Position numbers and translations under genes: made by a program
NCBI GenBank assembly: GCA_950072105.1
Contig: CATMOE010000002.1
Location: 64,001-128,000, forward strand
Origin: an uncultured Dehalococcoidia bacterium
GTDB lineage: Bacteria > Chloroflexota > Dehalococcoidia > Lucifugimonadales > UBA3495
Direction: 5' to 3'
DNA length: 64,000 nucleotides
The notes under the pieces: model-generated
The model's input: the letters and a program-made list of their open reading frames with translations, nothing else
Told to the model about the DNA's origin: nothing
The model's database searches: none
In this document: positions 28,331 to 38,255 of the stretch, piece after piece
Layout of the letters: every line of letters starts with the position of its first letter
Numbering within the stretch: position 1 is the stretch's first letter

Positions 28331-29125
28331 ATGGACTTAACCTTCGACATAGGAGACCCACGACGCCCCAAAGGGCACGCCGTGTTGTATTTCCGGGTGG
28401 ACACGGAGCCGGATAAAGTGTACGCCACTTACGTTGTCACGCTGCCCATCAAGGCAGACCTGGGCAAGTATGTCCCGCCATTCCTGGCGACACATCTTGG
28501 CGGGCTGCCCTTGAACGATCTATCTGCCTTCGCCATGCCTCCGCTACCGGAACCCGTGGACAGCTTCACGGAGTTGGAGCGCATCAGCAAATTGAGGCAA
28601 GACGATCTGGTTTACGCCAGCAGTATGTTTTCCTTTGATCTGCCCCGAATGATGGAAGCGGTGACTGAGGCGGTACAGGCGTACTCCGACCTTTGGACTC
28701 AGTGCCTTGGCGATGCTGGCATGGCGCCTGTTGAGGCCATTGAAGAGGCCACCACTTCGGATGTCCCAGCCCCCGAAGTCGATGATGATCAGTCTTATCA
28801 GGTAAACGAGGTCCTCTTTGGCTTGATGAGCGAAAGCGACAAACTGGCTGAGTTGGCGCGCTTACTGGGGACTATGCGGTTCGCCGTGGAAGGCGGAGAC
28901 GCGGGCACCGTAGATGAGATGTCTCAAGAGATCACTGTCCTCGCCCGGCACCTGCCGGAGACTTTCCGAGTTAGCAGCCTGCTGGCGGTTGCCAAGGATA
29001 CGTCACAGAAAGCGTCAAGGTTGGCTCAACTTTATCTGGACCGCTGCTTCCGCTTATCCGCGGGCGATTATTCCACCGTTCAAGGTCTTGACGACGAGAT
29101 ACGTGCCCTCGAAACCCAGGAATAA
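28331..29125 (+). CDS. Hypothetical protein (acidic, helical C-terminus)
   Basis: Long ORF with globular N-terminus (PKGHA.LYF, KYVPPF, AFAMPP.PE); start uncertain (open from 28241). Confidence 0.7.
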   Translation: MDLTFDIGDPRRPKGHAVLYFRVDTEPDKVYATYVVTLPIKADLGKYVPPFLATHLGGLPLNDLSAFAMPPLPEPVDSFTELERISKLRQDDLVYASSMFSFDLPRMMEAVTEAVQAYSDLWTQCLGDAGMAPVEAIEEATTSDVPAPEVDDDQSYQVNEVLFGLMSESDKLAELARLLGTMRFAVEGGDAGTVDEMSQEITVLARHLPETFRVSSLLAVAKDTSQKASRLAQLYLDRCFRLSAGDYSTVQGLDDEIRALETQE

Positions 29126-29270
29126 TCTGCTCCGCGCTTTCCCGTCCCCGAACGAGTATGTTCTCCCCGAAGATGACCCCTAACCGGTCCTGACTGTTTT
29201 AGCCCTACCCGGCTGGTACAATAAACGCGGCAAGCGCCTCAGGGCTAGGAGTTGCTACTTCCGGGAGGGA

Positions 29271-30497
29271 ATGGACCGGGTGGCCTACATCTCACGCCTC
29301 AGCCTGACTAATTTCCGCAATCTAGTGGAGCTGGAACTGGACCTCCCTATAGGCGTGTCCGTGTTTTATGGCGCCAATGCCCAGGGTAAGACCACATTGC
29401 TGGAGGCCATTTACCTCTTGGCGATCGCTCGCTCCTACCGGGCGGAGAACGAGCGGGAAGTGGTCAACTTCCAGGCGGCCGCCGAGGGAGGTCAAGCCTT
29501 GGTGGGAGGCATCGTCGAAAAGGACGGGGAGCGGCTGGCGGTCTACGTGGGTTACCAGAGCGTGCCCCACAGGACGGATCCTCAAAGCGCTGAGAGGGTT
29601 ACCGGGACTAAAGGCTACACCGTTCGAAAAGAGATCCGGGTTAGCCGGGTCCGCCGGACCGCCACCGAATTGGTGGGCATGGTCAATTCGGTTCTCTTCA
29701 CCGCCGACGATATCCAACTCGTCTTCGGTCCTCCGGCCGGCCGCAGGCGCTACTTAGACATCCTTATCTCCCAAGCTGACAATCAGTACCTGAAGGGGTT
29801 GCAGCGTTATCAGCGGGTGGTGCAGCAGCGCAACCAGCTACTGCGTCTCGTCCGGGACGGGCGTGCCAGGGCGGACGAATTGGAGTTCTGGGATGGGGAA
29901 TTGGTGCGTGAAGGGGCGTGGCTAACTTGGAAACGGCACGAAGCGATGAAAACGTTGTATTCTTGGTGCGCCCAGCGGCATCGTGATCTGAGCGGGACGG
30001 ACGAAGAGTTTCGGCTGGAATACCGTCCAAGCGTTCCGGTAGCTGAAGATTCTAATGCGGTCGAGAAAAACTTTCGCGATTCGTTGGCAGCAGCCCAAGC
30101 CAAAGAACGCGCCACCGCCGTTACGGCGGCAGGCCCGCACCGGGATGATTTCTCTCTTCTGATAGACGGGGTCGACATGGGCACCTTCGCGTCCCGTGGG
30201 CAGGCCCGCACCATCGCCCTTACGCTACGGTTGGCTGAGGCCGCCTATCTGTCGGCGGTGCGGCACGAGGCTCCCATTATCTTGCTAGACGACGTATTGT
30301 CGGAGATGGACGCGTCCCGCCGCTTACGAGTGATGGAGCAAGTGACCCAGTATCAACAAGTTTTGATCACCACCACCGACTTGGAGCCGGTGCGGGACTT
30401 CTTCGGCCCGGCGGCAAGTTACTTCCGGGTTGGCGAGGGTAAGGTTTACCGCGAGGATTATCAGCCGGATGGGTCGCATCCGGTGGGCACGTATTAA
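29271..30497 (+). CDS. recF: DNA replication/repair protein RecF
   Basis: NFRN, G.NAQGKT.LLEAI, G.P..RRR.LD, GPHRDD, S.GQ.R, LLDDV.SE.D. Confidence 0.95.
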   Translation: MDRVAYISRLSLTNFRNLVELELDLPIGVSVFYGANAQGKTTLLEAIYLLAIARSYRAENEREVVNFQAAAEGGQALVGGIVEKDGERLAVYVGYQSVPHRTDPQSAERVTGTKGYTVRKEIRVSRVRRTATELVGMVNSVLFTADDIQLVFGPPAGRRRYLDILISQADNQYLKGLQRYQRVVQQRNQLLRLVRDGRARADELEFWDGELVREGAWLTWKRHEAMKTLYSWCAQRHRDLSGTDEEFRLEYRPSVPVAEDSNAVEKNFRDSLAAAQAKERATAVTAAGPHRDDFSLLIDGVDMGTFASRGQARTIALTLRLAEAAYLSAVRHEAPIILLDDVLSEMDASRRLRVMEQVTQYQQVLITTTDLEPVRDFFGPAASYFRVGEGKVYREDYQPDGSHPVGTY

Positions 30498-30538
30498 ATG
30501 ACTCCTGATGTGTCCGAACGAAAGGTGCTAGAACCCCT

Positions 30539-32743
30539 ATGACAGTTACTCAACAAGAGCTGGATGAAATAGCCCTTTCCAGGGCCGAATACGACTTGAT
30601 CTTGGACCGGCTGGACCGGGAGCCTAACCCGGTGGAGCTGGGCATGTTCGGCGCTCTTTGGAGCGAACATTGCGGATACAAGCATTCCCGCCCTCTGCTG
30701 AAGTTGTTCCCCAGCCGCTCGCCTCGGGTGCTGTCCGATCCAGGTGCGGAGAACGCCGGCGCGGTGGACTTGGGGGATGGGATCGTAGCGGTCTTCAAAG
30801 TGGAGTCCCACAACCACCCCTCGGCCGTGGAACCCCTTCAGGGCGCGGCTACCGGTGTTGGCGGAATCGTGCGCGACATATTGGCTATGGGCGCCCGTCC
30901 AATCGCCCTGCTCAACTCCCTTCGCTTCGGTCCCCTGGATAACGCCCACAACCGCCACCTGTTCCAGGGCGTGGTGGGAGGCATCTCCTGGTACGGCAAC
31001 TGTATCGGGATCCCCGACGTGGGGGGCGAGATCTACTTCGACAGTTGCTATTCCCAAAACCCGCTGGTCAACGCCATGTGTGTTGGTTTGGTGAACAAGG
31101 CAGACCTGGCTACGTCAGCGGCGGGCGACGAGGGCAACGTCTTGCTGCTGGTGGGTTCAGGGACGGGCCGTGATGGGATCCACGGCGCTTCGGGGTTGGC
31201 TTCACGCACCTTTGAGGAAGCGCAGGAACTGCGGCCCACCGTGCAGGTTGGCAACCCGTTTCTGGAAAAAATCTTGATAGAATCCTGCCTCGAAGCCTTG
31301 GCAACCGGCGACGTGGTGGCGATCCAAGACCTGGGCGCCGCCGGACTGACCAGCTCAACCGTGGAATCGGCGGACAAGGCAGGGAAGGGGTTCATCCTGG
31401 ATATATCTCAGGTGCACCGGCGAGAGGACGGTATGACTCCCTACGATGTCATGCTGTCCGAGTCTCAAGAAAGAATGCTATTGGTGGTTGCGCCGGCCAA
31501 GGTAGAGAGGATTCGCCGGATCTTCGATAAGTGGGAGATTCCCTGCCGTGATATCGGGCGGGTGATCAGCGATCCCGTTGCCCGCATCGTCGAAGAGGAT
31601 AAAACGATAGCCCAGGTGCCCATTCGCCACCTGTCGGACGCCCCCAAGTACCGGCTTAAAGGGGTTCCTTCTGAGGATCAAGCGCGGCGGCAGCGGCTCT
31701 CCCTTTCCGAAGTGTCATTGCCCTCGGTAAGTCCGGAAGAGGTGCTGTTGCGGCTTCTGGGGGCCCCAAACATCGCCAGCAAAGAAGGGGTGTACCGCCA
31801 ATACGACCATCAGGTGCAAACCAACACGGTGGTGGGGCCTGGCAGCGATGCCGCTTTGCTGCGCCTCAGGGGCACGGACAGGGCCATTGCGTTGAGCATT
31901 GACGGCAATGGCCGCTATTGCTACCTGGACCCCTTCCGGGGCGGCCAGATAGCCGTGGCCGAAGTTTGCCGCAATCTGTCTTGCTCAGGCGCCGAACCGA
32001 TGGCCCTTACCGACTGCCTAAATTTTGGCGACCCAGAGAAGCCGGAGGTCTATTACCAGCTTGAGTGGTGCATCCGCGGCATGGCCCAGGCGTGCCGTGT
32101 CCTGGGAGTGCCCGTGGTTAGCGGCAATGTCAGTCTGTACAACGAGTCCCGGGGACAGGCGATCCATCCTACTCCGGTGCTGGGTGGGTTGGGCCTGCTG
32201 GAGGATATCGCACGCTACGCCCAATCCGCGTTCCCGGGTGATGGGCTGACGGTGGCTTTGTTGGGAGACGTTGGGAGCAGGCCCCGGTCCTCGGACCTGG
32301 CCGGAAGCGAGTATCTACAAGTGTTCCACGGCAAGATCGAAGGCCGTCCGGCTATAGACCTGGATATGGAGCGGAAGTTGCAAGCCCTCTGCCGCCGGGC
32401 TATCCGGGACGGAATCTTGGCTTCGGCTCACGACTGCGCCGAGGGCGGCCTGGCGGTGGCCCTGGCGGAATGCAGCGTTCAGGGCGGAGCCGGATTCATG
32501 GGTGAGTTCCCTCTGCCGCAAAGGTGGGACGCGGCTCTGTTCGGAGAGCGCCAATCCCGGATAGTGGTGTCCTTAGCTGAAAACGACTGGACGGCGCTGC
32601 AGCGGCTGGCGGACGAGTCAGGAGTCCCAATACGCCGGCTTGGGACCACCGGCGGGGACCGGTTTAGGGTGAATCGTCAGATCGACCTTCCCCTTCAGGA
32701 GATCAGCGGCGCTTGGCGGGAAGGGTTGGAGCGGGCGTTGTGA
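30539..32743 (+). CDS. purL: Phosphoribosylformylglycinamidine synthase subunit PurL
   Basis: WSEHC.YK, KVESHNHPS, TGRDGIHGA, QDLGAAGL, SESQERM, NFG.PE. Confidence 0.96.
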   Translation: MTVTQQELDEIALSRAEYDLILDRLDREPNPVELGMFGALWSEHCGYKHSRPLLKLFPSRSPRVLSDPGAENAGAVDLGDGIVAVFKVESHNHPSAVEPLQGAATGVGGIVRDILAMGARPIALLNSLRFGPLDNAHNRHLFQGVVGGISWYGNCIGIPDVGGEIYFDSCYSQNPLVNAMCVGLVNKADLATSAAGDEGNVLLLVGSGTGRDGIHGASGLASRTFEEAQELRPTVQVGNPFLEKILIESCLEALATGDVVAIQDLGAAGLTSSTVESADKAGKGFILDISQVHRREDGMTPYDVMLSESQERMLLVVAPAKVERIRRIFDKWEIPCRDIGRVISDPVARIVEEDKTIAQVPIRHLSDAPKYRLKGVPSEDQARRQRLSLSEVSLPSVSPEEVLLRLLGAPNIASKEGVYRQYDHQVQTNTVVGPGSDAALLRLRGTDRAIALSIDGNGRYCYLDPFRGGQIAVAEVCRNLSCSGAEPMALTDCLNFGDPEKPEVYYQLEWCIRGMAQACRVLGVPVVSGNVSLYNESRGQAIHPTPVLGGLGLLEDIARYAQSAFPGDGLTVALLGDVGSRPRSSDLAGSEYLQVFHGKIEGRPAIDLDMERKLQALCRRAIRDGILASAHDCAEGGLAVALAECSVQGGAGFMGEFPLPQRWDAALFGERQSRIVVSLAENDWTALQRLADESGVPIRRLGTTGGDRFRVNRQIDLPLQEISGAWREGLERAL

Positions 32744-33906
32744 GCGACGCCCCTCTCCGGGTCCTATTTTTGACCCCTTATTTTCGCCCTTACCTGGGCG
32801 GGATCGAGCGGGCCATCGAGCAACTCACTTTCCAGATTCAGAAATCCGATCAAGTTGAGGCGGTGGCGGTACTAACCACCAAGTACGCTTTCCCCCGGGT
32901 GCCTCATCCGGACTGGGCCGACCGGGAAACCACGGAAGAGGGCATCGGCATCTACCGGCTGAAAGGATTTCCCAAACGTTCTATCCCGCTGTATTCTTGC
33001 CCGCTGGTCTGGTTCTCGCCGATGCAGGTACGTGGTTACCTCAAAGAATTCAACCCCAACGTTGTCCACTTCGTGGGCGATGGCTGGTTCTGGGGACACT
33101 TCTGGTCGTGGTTCTGGTACCGCAATCAAGCCCGGTTCGTGTTCACCCCCTCCTACCACGCCTTGCCCCTGATCCGCTGGTGGCTCCGGCCCATAAACGC
33201 GTTCATCTGCAATGTGGTGGACCATGTGATCGCCCTGACTCGCCAGGAGGCCAACCTGGTGCGCCGGGCCTATCTGGTACCCGGGAAGAAACTGGGTATC
33301 ATCGGGTGGGGGGCGCCCCTGCCCGAGACCACGCTTACTCCCGATCCCCAGGGGGCAGGTGAACCTCTCACTCTTTTATGCGTTGGACGGTTGGGCCGGC
33401 ACAAAGGTCAAGAGTGGCTGCTGGGAGTATACCGGCGGGCTCGCGGTCAATTTCAACGTTCGGTGCAGTTGATCCTGGTAGGACGAGATGAAGGTGATGA
33501 AAAGAAGATTGCTGGAATCATCCGGGATTATGGATTGGGCGATGAGGTAGCGATGGTCGGGGAAGTCTCCGATAAAGAGCTTACAGACTGGTACGCCAAA
33601 GCCGACCTCTTCGTCCTGTTTTCTCAATACGAGGCCTTCGGGTTGGTATTTTTCGAAGCGATGGCCTACGGAGCTCCCGTACTTACCCACGACGTAGGCG
33701 CCAATCGGGAGTTGTTGACCCGGGGCGCGGTGGTGGTGGAGCGGTTCGATGAGGATGAGGCCGTTGGAGAGTTGGTGCGGTTGGTGAACGACGGCGCCCA
33801 CCGAGATCGATTAGCCGAGGACGCCCGGGACTACGCACTGTCAGAGTTCACCTGGCCGGCGGTTGCCGAAAAATACTTGGGCGTTTATGAGGTTGCGGGT
33901 TCTTAG
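32740..33906 (+). CDS. Glycosyltransferase family 4
   Basis: GGIE, VGRL..HKG, EAFGLV..EAMA.G.PV; GTGA overlap with purL. Confidence 0.9.
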   Translation: MSDAPLRVLFLTPYFRPYLGGIERAIEQLTFQIQKSDQVEAVAVLTTKYAFPRVPHPDWADRETTEEGIGIYRLKGFPKRSIPLYSCPLVWFSPMQVRGYLKEFNPNVVHFVGDGWFWGHFWSWFWYRNQARFVFTPSYHALPLIRWWLRPINAFICNVVDHVIALTRQEANLVRRAYLVPGKKLGIIGWGAPLPETTLTPDPQGAGEPLTLLCVGRLGRHKGQEWLLGVYRRARGQFQRSVQLILVGRDEGDEKKIAGIIRDYGLGDEVAMVGEVSDKELTDWYAKADLFVLFSQYEAFGLVFFEAMAYGAPVLTHDVGANRELLTRGAVVVERFDEDEAVGELVRLVNDGAHRDRLAEDARDYALSEFTWPAVAEKYLGVYEVAGS

Positions 33907-33961
33907 AAGCTGATTCCCACGAATTTAAGGGAGAAATTTCTCCTCCACATAAGGATTTAGG

Positions 33962-35191
33962 ATGGATAGACAAGAATTGGAAGCCAAAGCTCGGCAGATT
34001 TTGTTGACCAATCTTAAGCAGGGAGTGGCCGACTGGAACGGCAAAGAATACAGCTTTGTTTGTCCCTCTCTGACCGGTTACCCCTTCCAGTGGTTCTGGG
34101 ACTCCTGCTTCCACGCCATCGCCCTCATCCACTTGGACCTGGAACAGGCCAAGAAGGAGTTAACTACCCTGATGAGCGGTGCGCTGCCCAACGGCTTCAT
34201 GCCCCACATGATCTTCTGGGAGATGGAGAAGCAGCCTGACTTCCTGAGCCGGAACATCGTTGGAATGACTACCCCCAATACTTCAGCGACCATGCAGCCG
34301 CCCATCATCGCTTATGCCGTGGAGCGGGTCTACCAGGCCACCGGCGACGAGGCCTTTAAGGATGCGGCGCTACCGGTGTTAACCGGGTTCTACCGATGGC
34401 TGCGCGAGATGCGCGATCCCGATAACGACGGTCTGATCGCGGTTATCCAGCCCGAGGAGGCGGGTACCGACTGCTCGCCCAAGTACGATGAGGTCTTGGG
34501 CCTGGAGGAGTTGAGCAACCAGGGATTCATCACCGCGTTGCGCAAGGTCTATGCGGCGTACGAGCCCCTTCGTGGCGACGACCACCGGATTCTGGCCGCC
34601 GATCTGTTCCATGTGGAAGACGTTCTGGTGAACTCCATCTACGTCATGGGATTGCGTTCGTTGGCCAGACTGTTGGGCGACGCGCCGGAGGCGGCGGAGT
34701 TTAACCGGGAAGCCGACAAGACTCGAGACGCTTTGCTGGCCAAGTGTTGGGACGAGGAAGTGGGTGCCTTTTTCGATCTATCCGGAGTGGCCGAGAAGCC
34801 TCTGAAAGAAGTGACGATAAGCTCGTTGATGCCGCTGGTGATGGAAGACCTGCCCCGGCCCATCGTCGAGCGGTTGGTGAACACGTGGGTAACGGATCCC
34901 AAGCATTTCTGGACACCCTACCCGCTGCCATCGGTGCCCGCCTCGGACCCCAAGTTCATGCCAGGTAACCCCAGAGGGTTCATCTGGCGTGGGCCTTCCT
35001 GGATTAACACCAACTGGTTCTTGTCCCACGCCCTCCGACGCCATGGCTATGCGGACCTGGCGGACACGATCGTGGCGAAGAGTCAAGAGTGCATCGAGAA
35101 GTCAGGATTCCGGGAATACTACGAGCCATTCACCGCCGTAGGACTGGGGGCCAGGGACTTCGGCTGGTCCACCCTGATTCTGGACATGTGA
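33962..35191 (+). CDS. (alpha/alpha)6 glycoside hydrolase, GH63/MGH1-like (glucosyl/mannosyl-glycerate hydrolase family)
   Basis: YPFQWFWDSCF, QPP, WRGPSWIN.NW, F.EYY.P..G.GLGA..F.WS. Confidence 0.8.
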   Translation: MDRQELEAKARQILLTNLKQGVADWNGKEYSFVCPSLTGYPFQWFWDSCFHAIALIHLDLEQAKKELTTLMSGALPNGFMPHMIFWEMEKQPDFLSRNIVGMTTPNTSATMQPPIIAYAVERVYQATGDEAFKDAALPVLTGFYRWLREMRDPDNDGLIAVIQPEEAGTDCSPKYDEVLGLEELSNQGFITALRKVYAAYEPLRGDDHRILAADLFHVEDVLVNSIYVMGLRSLARLLGDAPEAAEFNREADKTRDALLAKCWDEEVGAFFDLSGVAEKPLKEVTISSLMPLVMEDLPRPIVERLVNTWVTDPKHFWTPYPLPSVPASDPKFMPGNPRGFIWRGPSWINTNWFLSHALRRHGYADLADTIVAKSQECIEKSGFREYYEPFTAVGLGARDFGWSTLILDM

Positions 35192-35201
35192 GGCGATCGA
35201 A

Positions 35202-36204
35202 ATGGTGAATTATTGGCAGATTGCCGCTGGTTCGCGTGGCCGCGACTACTCTAGAGTACTTTTTCCGGTTTGGCATCGCCTTCGTTGGTGGGAAAATAAA
35301 TTCAGAATTGATGACTGAGGTTGAACTTGGCGACCAGGTGCTCCTGAAAAAGGGCAGATCGCAATTAGTGGCCGCCGGGGAAGTCGTTAGCCGTGATGGC
35401 AAGCATCGTGGGAACGGAGACAAGAAGTGGCTGAAGGATGTTGATGGCTGGGACCTGAGTGCCTATTGCTACGTTGATTGGCATATTCCGGCCAAGCCGG
35501 TGGGCGTTGAGGGATTCACTCGTAACACGATTCAAAGGGTGCATAAGCAACAACTTCGGTTGGACGCAGACCAAGTTATCTCAGATTTTCCTGCCCAGGA
35601 GATCATTGCTTCCGGACCGGGGCAAACCACGGTGGTCGACGATGATGAAATCGTACAGCACTTGATCAGCCAAGGGCTACGCCCCGGGGCGGCGGAGGAA
35701 TTGACTGCGACCTTTAACCGGATCCGCCGCCTGGCTCGGTATTACCATGGACGCCGTTGGGAGGATGTCGGGGAACACGAGGCTCGTACCTTCCTAGTTA
35801 TTCCTTTGCTTTTAGCTCTGGGCTAGGCTGAGCAAAAAATAAAGATTGAATTACCGGCCGGAGGGCGAGAACGGGCGGACATAGCCTGTTTTTCCAGACC
35901 ATATGGGAGAAACAATGGCGAATGTGTCCTTATTATCGAGACCAAGAGCTTTAGCCAAGGTCTACATTACGCTCGGAACCAGGTAGAGAGGTACGCGAAG
36001 GAATTCCCGAATTGTAAGTGCATCGTCGTTTCAAACGGTTATTGATATAAGACGTGGGAACGTAAAGAAGACGGAGGATTCGGAAATGATCCATCAGCAT
36101 TTCTTAATCTACTGGCGCCAAAGAATTGCTACCCGCTCGATCCTGACAACGTTCTAGGCTGTCTTGAGGTCCTCAGGATGCTACTGCCAACGACCTGGAT
36201 GTAA
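35202..36204 (+). pseudogene. Disrupted restriction endonuclease-like gene (C-terminal HsdR_N-like PD-(D/E)xK domain)
   Basis: Starts MVNYWQIAAG at 35202; frameshift near 35250; in-frame TAG at 35824 (LLALG*) and TGA at 36043; the frame continues ADIACF...IIETK...Q..RY...VVSNG to TAA at 36204; lower GC. Confidence 0.7.
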
Positions 36205-36241
36205 TATCGTCGGGTGCTGGCTCTGGGCGAGCCTGTTGGAA

Positions 36242-38062
36242 TCACCGGTTAGAGCGGAAGATTCTGGAGAGGAAAGAAGGCTCCGTTGAGTCAGCAGTTC
36301 CCTCGTTTGTGGACGTCCCAATAGTGTCGGAACTATCCCCGTATTCGGAGGGTCCGGCAGGTTCGGGACCGGCTACGGATACGGCGGCAACAGGTTCGTC
36401 CTGGGATTCCTGAGGGGCCCAGCGGTCTTCTAAAACCTTCTCCACCAAGGGATGGGTGCGGTTCAGATAGAAAGTCCGCAAGCGCCTGCTGCGCCCCGAC
36501 TCGCTGTCCGTGGCTGTGTGCCAACCTTTGGTGAACAGATCGGCGTTCCCCAGACTTCGGACCATCTTGGTAACGTAGGTCCGGGAAAAGTCCTGGCCCC
36601 AACGCTGAGTGATTTCCAGGTGCTCCGCTTTCAGCCCTTCGTCCAGTGCCTGGCAGACCTCGCTCACCAGGAAGTTGAAAGCCACGTGGCTGACGGCTTC
36701 TTGATGTTCCAGGGTGTCGGCCATGATGATAATGTCGGCTACCCGGCGGCCGTCCAAACCGTCCGGCTGGCTTGGCGGGAGGTTAAGTTGGGGAAGTGTC
36801 TCGGCTAGTATCGCGGCTAGTCCGTTGATCTGGGTGGTTTGCGGGACCGCGACAGCATCATCGCTGACGAATTCGCCGATGATTTTCGGGGATACATCTT
36901 CCGGAACATCCTGGGGAGCGTCGTCGGGCTCATCGTCAACGCTTCCAGCGGCCATTGTGGGTGACTCGACCGGTTGTTCGGTTGAATCATCCTCGGTTGA
37001 AACATCTTCAGCCGGTTCTTCCGGGGTCTCAGCGGCAGTCTCTTGCCGCTCTGGGGTCCTGCGCCGCCCAAAGGAGAAACGGCTTCGCTTGACTTCCGCT
37101 GGGCACTCGTCTGAGGAATCATCCTCTGCGCTTTGAGCACTATCTGATTCAGTGGCTTTGGCGTCCGCAGGGGTCTCTTCGTCGGCCATGATGGCCCAAT
37201 CGACCAGTCCAGCGGTTATCAGCCGGATGTTTCCTTCCTGGGCCACACGGGACATGAGCTTTTTGAAACCGGAAAAACCGACTTTTTTCTCGTCGAAGTC
37301 GGGGTAGCGGCGCAATAGTCGTTGTTTGATCGACGTGAGCAGGGGCGTGCCCCCGGCCTGACGCTCGGTGCGGATAATATCTTCGATCGCCGAGATGATC
37401 GCCGCCAGATCCTGCTTGCCGACAGGCGCACTTGGCCGGGCGGGACCGCGTCCGCCGGTTGCCGGAGGTGGCTCCGACGGGGCACGGGCGCCGGTGCCGG
37501 TTGCCGCAGCCGGCTCCTCTGGGACAACGGTGTCGATGTCTTGGTCGTAGAGGATAAGGGCGTCCACCGTGTCGGCGAACCGGCGGGACGTGGCCCAGGA
37601 AACGCCGATGATAATCACCCGCTTGCCCATGGTCCGCAAGGCGTTGATCACGTGGATGAAATCCGAGTCGCCTGAAACCAGAACGTAAGTGCCGATGTTG
37701 GGGTAGGAGTGGGCGATCTCGATGCAGTCGGCGGTCATTTTAACGTCGACGCTGTTCTTCACCCTGGTGGTGCGAGAGGAGTTGCTGCCCAAAGCCAGAC
37801 GGGTAGGCACGTAGACGGGCTCGATACCCGCGGCGTAGAGGGCAGGAGGGTCGTTGATGAACTGGCTGGCGCCCCGCAGTTCGGGGGCGCGGGTTACCCA
37901 GTCGGCATAGGCTTTAGCTACCACCACCCGGCCGTGGTTGGAAACCTCTTCCTTCAGGGCGGAGACGTTGGGAGTCCGGTGGCCCACCGCCAGGCTGATC
38001 TTAAAGTTCTCCCAATCGATAAAAAGGGCTACGTCGTCGCCGGAGTGTATAGGTCCGTTCAT
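36242..38062 (-). CDS. NYN (PIN-like) domain protein with OST-HTH/LOTUS domain, acidic linker and C-terminal domain
   Basis: ALFIDWEN, AYADW, KNSVD, LVSGDSDF; LOTUS-like L.S.K..L....PDFDE...GF..FKK. Confidence 0.85.
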   Translation of the reverse strand: MNGPIHSGDDVALFIDWENFKISLAVGHRTPNVSALKEEVSNHGRVVVAKAYADWVTRAPELRGASQFINDPPALYAAGIEPVYVPTRLALGSNSSRTTRVKNSVDVKMTADCIEIAHSYPNIGTYVLVSGDSDFIHVINALRTMGKRVIIIGVSWATSRRFADTVDALILYDQDIDTVVPEEPAAATGTGARAPSEPPPATGGRGPARPSAPVGKQDLAAIISAIEDIIRTERQAGGTPLLTSIKQRLLRRYPDFDEKKVGFSGFKKLMSRVAQEGNIRLITAGLVDWAIMADEETPADAKATESDSAQSAEDDSSDECPAEVKRSRFSFGRRRTPERQETAAETPEEPAEDVSTEDDSTEQPVESPTMAAGSVDDEPDDAPQDVPEDVSPKIIGEFVSDDAVAVPQTTQINGLAAILAETLPQLNLPPSQPDGLDGRRVADIIIMADTLEHQEAVSHVAFNFLVSEVCQALDEGLKAEHLEITQRWGQDFSRTYVTKMVRSLGNADLFTKGWHTATDSESGRSRRLRTFYLNRTHPLVEKVLEDRWAPQESQDEPVAAVSVAGPEPAGPSEYGDSSDTIGTSTNEGTADSTEPSFLSRIFRSNR

Positions 38063-38255
38063 ATTTGTATTCGTAGTAATTCCAGAGGTGTATTTGTCTA
38101 ATGCCCAGTGTAAGCGGCCCGCTGGAACCAGTCAAGGAAACAGTAGGAGAGTTCCGGACGTTTTAGCGGCTTGAGCCTGGCTTGACAAGTCCCGGCATTT
38201 CCTTGATTGTACCATTTAGCCAAGAAACGCAGGCAAGAACCCAAGGAGCAAACCC

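Noticed and set aside
9864..35826. Amber (TAG) recoding suggested by two in-frame TAGs at likely Trp positions (9864 and 35824)
   Set aside because: Both genes also carry frameshifts, and TAG ends many intact genes here (gcvT, gcvPB, obgE, nadD, pyrE). TGG-to-TAG is a simple transition.
36043..36045. In-frame TGA as a second selenocysteine
   Set aside because: No redox motif, only a 4-bp hairpin downstream, and the gene has other inactivating lesions
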